In this document: one piece after another, positions 58,937 to 64,000 of the stretch
Position numbering within the stretch: position 1 is the stretch's first letter
Layout of the letters: every line of letters begins with the position of its first letter
Assembly: GCF_041146345.1 (NCBI RefSeq)
Contig: NW_027191413.1
Location: 310,001-374,000, forward strand
From: Neodothiora populina
Lineage: Eukaryota
Direction of reading: 5' to 3'
DNA length: 64,000 bases
The notes under the pieces: model-generated
Seen by the model: only the letters and a program-made list of their open reading frames with translations
Databases searched by the model: none
Told to the model about the DNA's origin: nothing
Program-made: the position numbers and the translations under genes

Positions 58937-58975
58937 TTCTTCTTCTTCTTCTTCTTCTTCTTCTTCTTCTTCTTC
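58937..58975. repeat. (TTC)13 microsatellite
   Basis: Perfect run read directly. Confidence 0.95.
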
Positions 58976-59508
58976 TTTTAGAGATGACCAGGATGACACC
59001 TCGGAGACTGCAAGACGCAGAAAAGACAACGAAGAAGAAAAAGAGTGGGGGTATATAAATCCGCATATGTATTAATCACTACCTAAGTAAAGTAAAATGC
59101 CTTTCGTTTCGCTACTTTCCTCGTTTCGCTACTTTCCTCCAGCAGGAGTACCGACTGCTCCATCTTTTGATCATCGTGTAGTGGCTTTGACTGACAGGAC
59201 TCACAAGAAAAGAACAAATAAAGCCTGGGTTGTACAAACTACACAGATTGCTGGTGTGAGCAGATAGGAAGAAAAAATAGAAAAGGGGGAGGGGGGATTG
59301 CGCCAAGACGTCCACGATTCGCTGATGATAAAACAATCCAAACAAAAATTCCATGCCCCTTTGCACAAGCTGGATCAGCAACCCAAGAACGTGCTCGAGG
59401 CACGAAGTCAGAGTGGCAAATTTGATCAGCAGGACCATGGCAAACCAGCGTCAATCGTCAGAAAAATCGTAATCAGAAAAGAGCAGTCTCGCGACTCTCT
59501 TTGCTTCT

Positions 59509-61812
59509 TCACTTCTCGCCATAGGCCACGGCAACCTCCTTCTTGTACTTCTCCAGGATGCCGCGTCTGTTCAGCTTCTGAGCAGAAGTGACAAGCTGGT
59601 TCTGGGGCGTCCATTCGTCGTCTGTAAGGACCACGCCCTCGATGATCTCAATACCGGAGAGGCCGCCCTTCTTACCGGCGGCTTGCAAGGTCTTGAGGAC
59701 AACATCATGCATTTTCTTGTCATGGCAGAGATCCTCGAGGCCGCTGCCCTTGACGCCATTCTCGGACGCCAATTGCTTGAGCTGAGGCTCGTTGGGGACG
59801 ATGATGGCGATGGGCTTGTTCTTGTGTTGGTCTGCATAGACACAGATGTTGCCGACAAGACCGGCAGATCTGTAGACTGACTCGAGCTGTGACATGGCGT
59901 TAGTGATGATAGCATTCAGAACAGTGACCATTGTACACATACCTTTTCGAGCGCAATGTACTCTCCGTTTTGCGTCTTGACCAAGTTCTTCTTACGGTCG
60001 ATGATCTTGAGCTGTCCGAGCTTGTCAAACTCGCCGATATCTCCAGTCTTGAACCAGCCGTCTTCGGTGAAAGCCGCCTTGTTCTCCTCCTCATTGTCAA
60101 GGTAACCCTCGGTGACACCACCTCCGCGGATCCAGATCTCACCCTGAGGTGGGTTGTTGGTGGAGAAGTAACCAGCATCCTCAAAATCAACGAGCTTCAT
60201 CTCAATAGAAGCAGGGATACCGCCAAGAGCCTCGTCGGTCCATGCAAGAGGGTCGGTGAGGGCACCCATGGCAGTGGTCTCAGTGAGACCGTATCCGCTG
60301 ATCATGGGAGCAATGGCCATTGAAATGAAACGCTGCGTGTCCTTGGCGACGGGACCACCACCGTTCAGGCAGATCCTCAGACGACCACCGGTAGCCTCCT
60401 TGATCTTACTGAAGACAACGGAGTCGACGACGCTCGTACCAATTCCCGTGAAGGGAATGCCGGAGTGTTGCATCATCAGGCTCTTGGTAGTCATGGCACC
60501 CCAGAACATGTTGCGGGTGATGAGTCCAGCCTTGGACACCTTTCCGACAATGCCCTTCTTGACGGTCTCCCAGACGGCAGGGACACCGACAAGAATGGAG
60601 GGCTTGAACTCACGGATATCACCGGCGCAGTTTCTGACCGAGGCATCGGAGATGGTCTTGGGGTTTCCGTAACCCATGGTACCACCCCAGAACAGACAAG
60701 CGTTTTCGAAGACGAACTCCAGGATATGTGCGAGAGGTAGGTAGGTCAGTAGACCGTCACCGGGACCGAGGTAGGGACCGACGATAACATCGACACCAGC
60801 GACTGGACAATATGTGATTAGCCGCAATATCAAGTTCTACCTCAAAAAGACACAAGACTTACTGGCGGCGACGACGTTCTTGTGCTTCAAAAGCACACCC
60901 TTGGGAGCACCAGTGCTGCCAGACGTGTACATGATACAGCAGAGATCCTCGGGTTTCGGAGGAACAGGGTCGACGGGAGACTGCTCGCCGGCCTTGATGA
61001 GTTCGTCGAAGCTCTGGACGGACAGATGCGGATGGGCTTCCTTGAGCTTCTGAACATCGGCCTCCTTGACTTCCATGTAGCTGTTGTAAACGACGTGCTG
61101 GATGGCAATGTCACCACCTTCCTTGAGCGGAGCGATGAGTTTGGTGATGAGATGAGGATCGAGGAAGATTGCCTTGGCCTTGGTCTGCTGCAGGGAGTGC
61201 TTGAGACCCTCTTCTCCGAGAGTGTCGTATGCGGTGACGATGGGCATCGACTGTGAGGAAGCGCCTGTGTTTTTAGCATGTGATCAGTACAACGTCTACG
61301 TTATCCAGAAGAGAGCAAATCATACCGTGGGCGATTGCGAGCCACCAGGGGCTGGTCGAGGCGAAGATGTGCACTCTGTCTTCGGCCTTCATGCCGAGCG
61401 ACCTGAAGCCGGCGCCGACCTTGAGGGCGAGCTTCTCGTACTCGGAGAAGCTGATGTAGTTGTAGGGGCTCAACTCGAAGTATGTCCACTTCTTGTCCTG
61501 CATCGTCTCTTTGCCGTCGATGACCTTCTTGACCTGCTTGGTCTCCTCGTGGGTCCTGATGAGTTTTCGGTGGCCGAGGGCCTTGGCATTGCCGAACTTG
61601 TTGGCGCTGCGGCGGAGGATGTCGTAGACGGTGGTGACATCGTCCGAGGGGATCAGGATGAGCTTGTCCTTTGCTGCGGGATGTCGACGGGGGATCGTCT
61701 CGCCGTCTTTTTTTGTGTAGCCCGAGGCCTCGACGGTGAAGGGGCCCTTCTTGTACGACTTTGGCTGCGGGACCATCGACTTGAGGTCGGCTCTGTTCAT
61801 GATGTCGCCCAT
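59509..61812 (-). CDS. FAA1: Long-chain fatty acyl-CoA synthetase; exons 61812-61326, 61264-60863, 60802-59943, 59886-59509
   Basis: [63 protein letters not shown]; three canonical introns. Confidence 0.94.
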
Positions 61813-64000
61813 TGTGGCTTCGTTGGAGGGAACACTGTAGGCTGCTGGATTTGCTGAGATGTAGGGTTCGAGGAAGCTCATCAAGCTGTGGGCAGGCAGG
61901 CTGTCAAAGGACATGCGCACGTAGGCGTAGGCGTAGGCAGCAGCTAGTAGGCTGACGAGTGACAGCAACGACGACGACAACAAAGACAGGGATGTGGGTG
62001 GTGGAAGAGTGAAGTAGCAGAGTAGTACACAAGGTAATTATCGAGTGGTGAGAGTTAGGATAATACACCAAATCACAGATGCCGAGACATTGGGAAAGTG
62101 CACTCAATCTCTCACTCTATACGAGGAAGGTACAGGTAGGAGGACTCTGTTACTCCGCACAGGCCAAGCTGCGATGACCTCATCGCCGAGTTTGACCGTA
62201 CCTTGAGGTAGGTAATTACCTTGCGCTTGCCTTTCGGAAACTTGGTATCCCGTGGGTAAACATGCTCGCTCTCTCTGCTGTCTTTTCCGACGAACACTAC
62301 CAGCGGAGGTTGTCTTCGCATCATGCAGACGACGTAACGCTCGAAACAACCCTGCCATTCAGGTTGTCGCCACGCTTCATCACTTCGCAAGGTAAGGTAC
62401 CTACTTGTAGACAGCAGTGAACATGGTCAAAGCTCCCTCTCGTTCCTCTTCATTGTCTCCAACCATCTACTACTCACACACACAAGCTTTTCGATCACCG
62501 TTGCCACAAGATCAGATGATGCCTCCCAAGACTTCGAGGCTTGGTACAGCATTTGGCGAGAACAACAGCCACTGGCTGGTGAGCATACAGTAGGTAGTAG
62601 TCAAAGTCAGGTATTGTAGGCAACCATCCGAGTCGAACCGTGTTCGTTGGGAACATGGCTACATCAAGTAGTTCAGATCATCCTCGTCGTCTTATCCGTT
62701 GCTTGTTCAGTATTTGGTAACACCAAGTTCCACGCAAAAGAGGCAATTTCTGCGAACGCCTCCCGGCCTCTGCGTTAATGCGTTGTCCGTATCAGGCATC
62801 GTGATTTTCTCGACATCTGTAGCATACAGTAGTATACAGTATTAAACTCGACTATATGTGTTTGAATTTCAACTGTACTGCATCTGGTGACGCAATACTG
62901 CTGCGTCTATTTCACGTAGATAATGTCATGCTCAAGTGAAGATGCAGTGATATCGTTTCCATCGCTCACACCCTTGACACAGCGCAGCCGCTCATCAAAG
63001 CTATGAATGACCTGTGAGTCTAATCATGGCTGTGTGCAGAGTCATCGAGGAACCTCAACGACCGAGTACATAGTGCTATGTGCCTCGAGGATAGAGAGAT
63101 GCAGGGCTCTTGTATATTTATAATGGTAAAGTAGTACCTTCACAAGGCAGTGATGAAATGGGTAAGGTAGATTGAATAGATGGACAGGGTGACCACTACC
63201 CATTCTGACTTGACTTTCACTTCGCTAGATCAAGTCGAATACCCCATGTGTTACCCATTATATGACCGTTTTATCTCATGCATAGGGAGTTTACCACCGA
63301 CCTCTCGAGTCTCTACACCCATTAGATTGCAATTCCTCCCACTTAACGAGGAGAACCTTAGGAGAGCACTGTGCAGGCTCTCAGAAGCGTTCTGGGCATT
63401 CTTTCTATCTGCATACAGTCCAAAATGCGACGATGTCAGGCCGGTCAGTCCAAACCTAGTGGTTCGGCGTGTGCCTTGCTCTGTCTTGCATGTTCATGTC
63501 TGGCTCTCCATAAATATTCTATCTATGACGAGGAGACGGGGAGGAATGCACAGCTAGATATACTCATTATGGACATCTTCGAGAGATTGAAGTGAACTGG
63601 AGTTAGCCTGCGGGTCTCTGCATTCCTTCTCTCTCGATTCTGCTTCTTTGAGCGTGGGACGCTATCTCGATGGATTCATGTTACTGGTCAGAAATCGTGC
63701 TTAAAGACACGAATCGGCATGTCTTTGGGAGAAGAAAGAGAGCTGAAGAACAAGAGATGTATTCACAGGGGGGACATGTCGAGTACGTTTGTAAACCACG
63801 GGGACCATTACCTTCGCTCTACTTATCGATAAGCCTAAACCAGCAGGCGGTGAACATGTCAGGCAGAACGTAAGAATAATTCTACCCCAAATTCTACAAC
63901 ATTTTTTTGGCTGCAGAAACACAACTTCCCACAAGACAAAAGCACATCCACCAAGCCTTCCCAGTGAAGCAAAAAGAAAAAAAAAATGTTCGCAGTCAAA

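Noticed and set aside
14070..61812. Lipid gene cluster (OLE1, FAA1, LTA4 hydrolase)
   Set aside because: Genes are ~44 kb apart with unrelated housekeeping genes between; fungal LAP2 is mainly an aminopeptidase.
63150..63210. C/D-box snoRNA-like segment (GTGATGA...CTGA)
   Set aside because: Only ~60 nt, minimal terminal stem, and I could not match a guide to rRNA.

Overview
Eukaryotic DNA from a filamentous ascomycete (short GT-AG introns with CTRAC branch points; Eurotiomycetes/black-yeast-like is an inference only). About 22 protein-coding genes and one dispersed 5S rRNA gene can be supported. Recognisable genes: succinate-semialdehyde dehydrogenase, Rad4/XPC, delta-9 desaturase OLE1, a STEEP1/CXorf56-like protein, a DUF427 protein, a thioredoxin-fold protein, a CE1-type esterase, a class II aldolase, thimet oligopeptidase PRD1/MepB, RKM5, MTHFR, SET3, an Fe-ADH, a sororin-like protein, LTA4 hydrolase LAP2 and long-chain acyl-CoA synthetase. 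I saw no transposon, tRNA, CRISPR or secondary-metabolite cluster. Most interesting points: (1) a block of unrecognisable genes at ~42-51 kb with two tandem paralogues sharing an N-terminal coiled coil, an identically placed intron and three copies of an unusual long-spacer C2H2 module; (2) a GUG in near-ideal context that would add a mitochondrial-type presequence to PRD1; (3) a secreted-protein gene frameshifted at a C7 run, with a tandem splice acceptor 4 nt away that would restore the frame; (4) a protein-like in-frame tail behind the MTHFR stop plus a uORF; (5) an ATF4-like uORF layout on SET3; (6) an esterase ending in RDEL. All family assignments are from motif recognition by eye; no database search was run.
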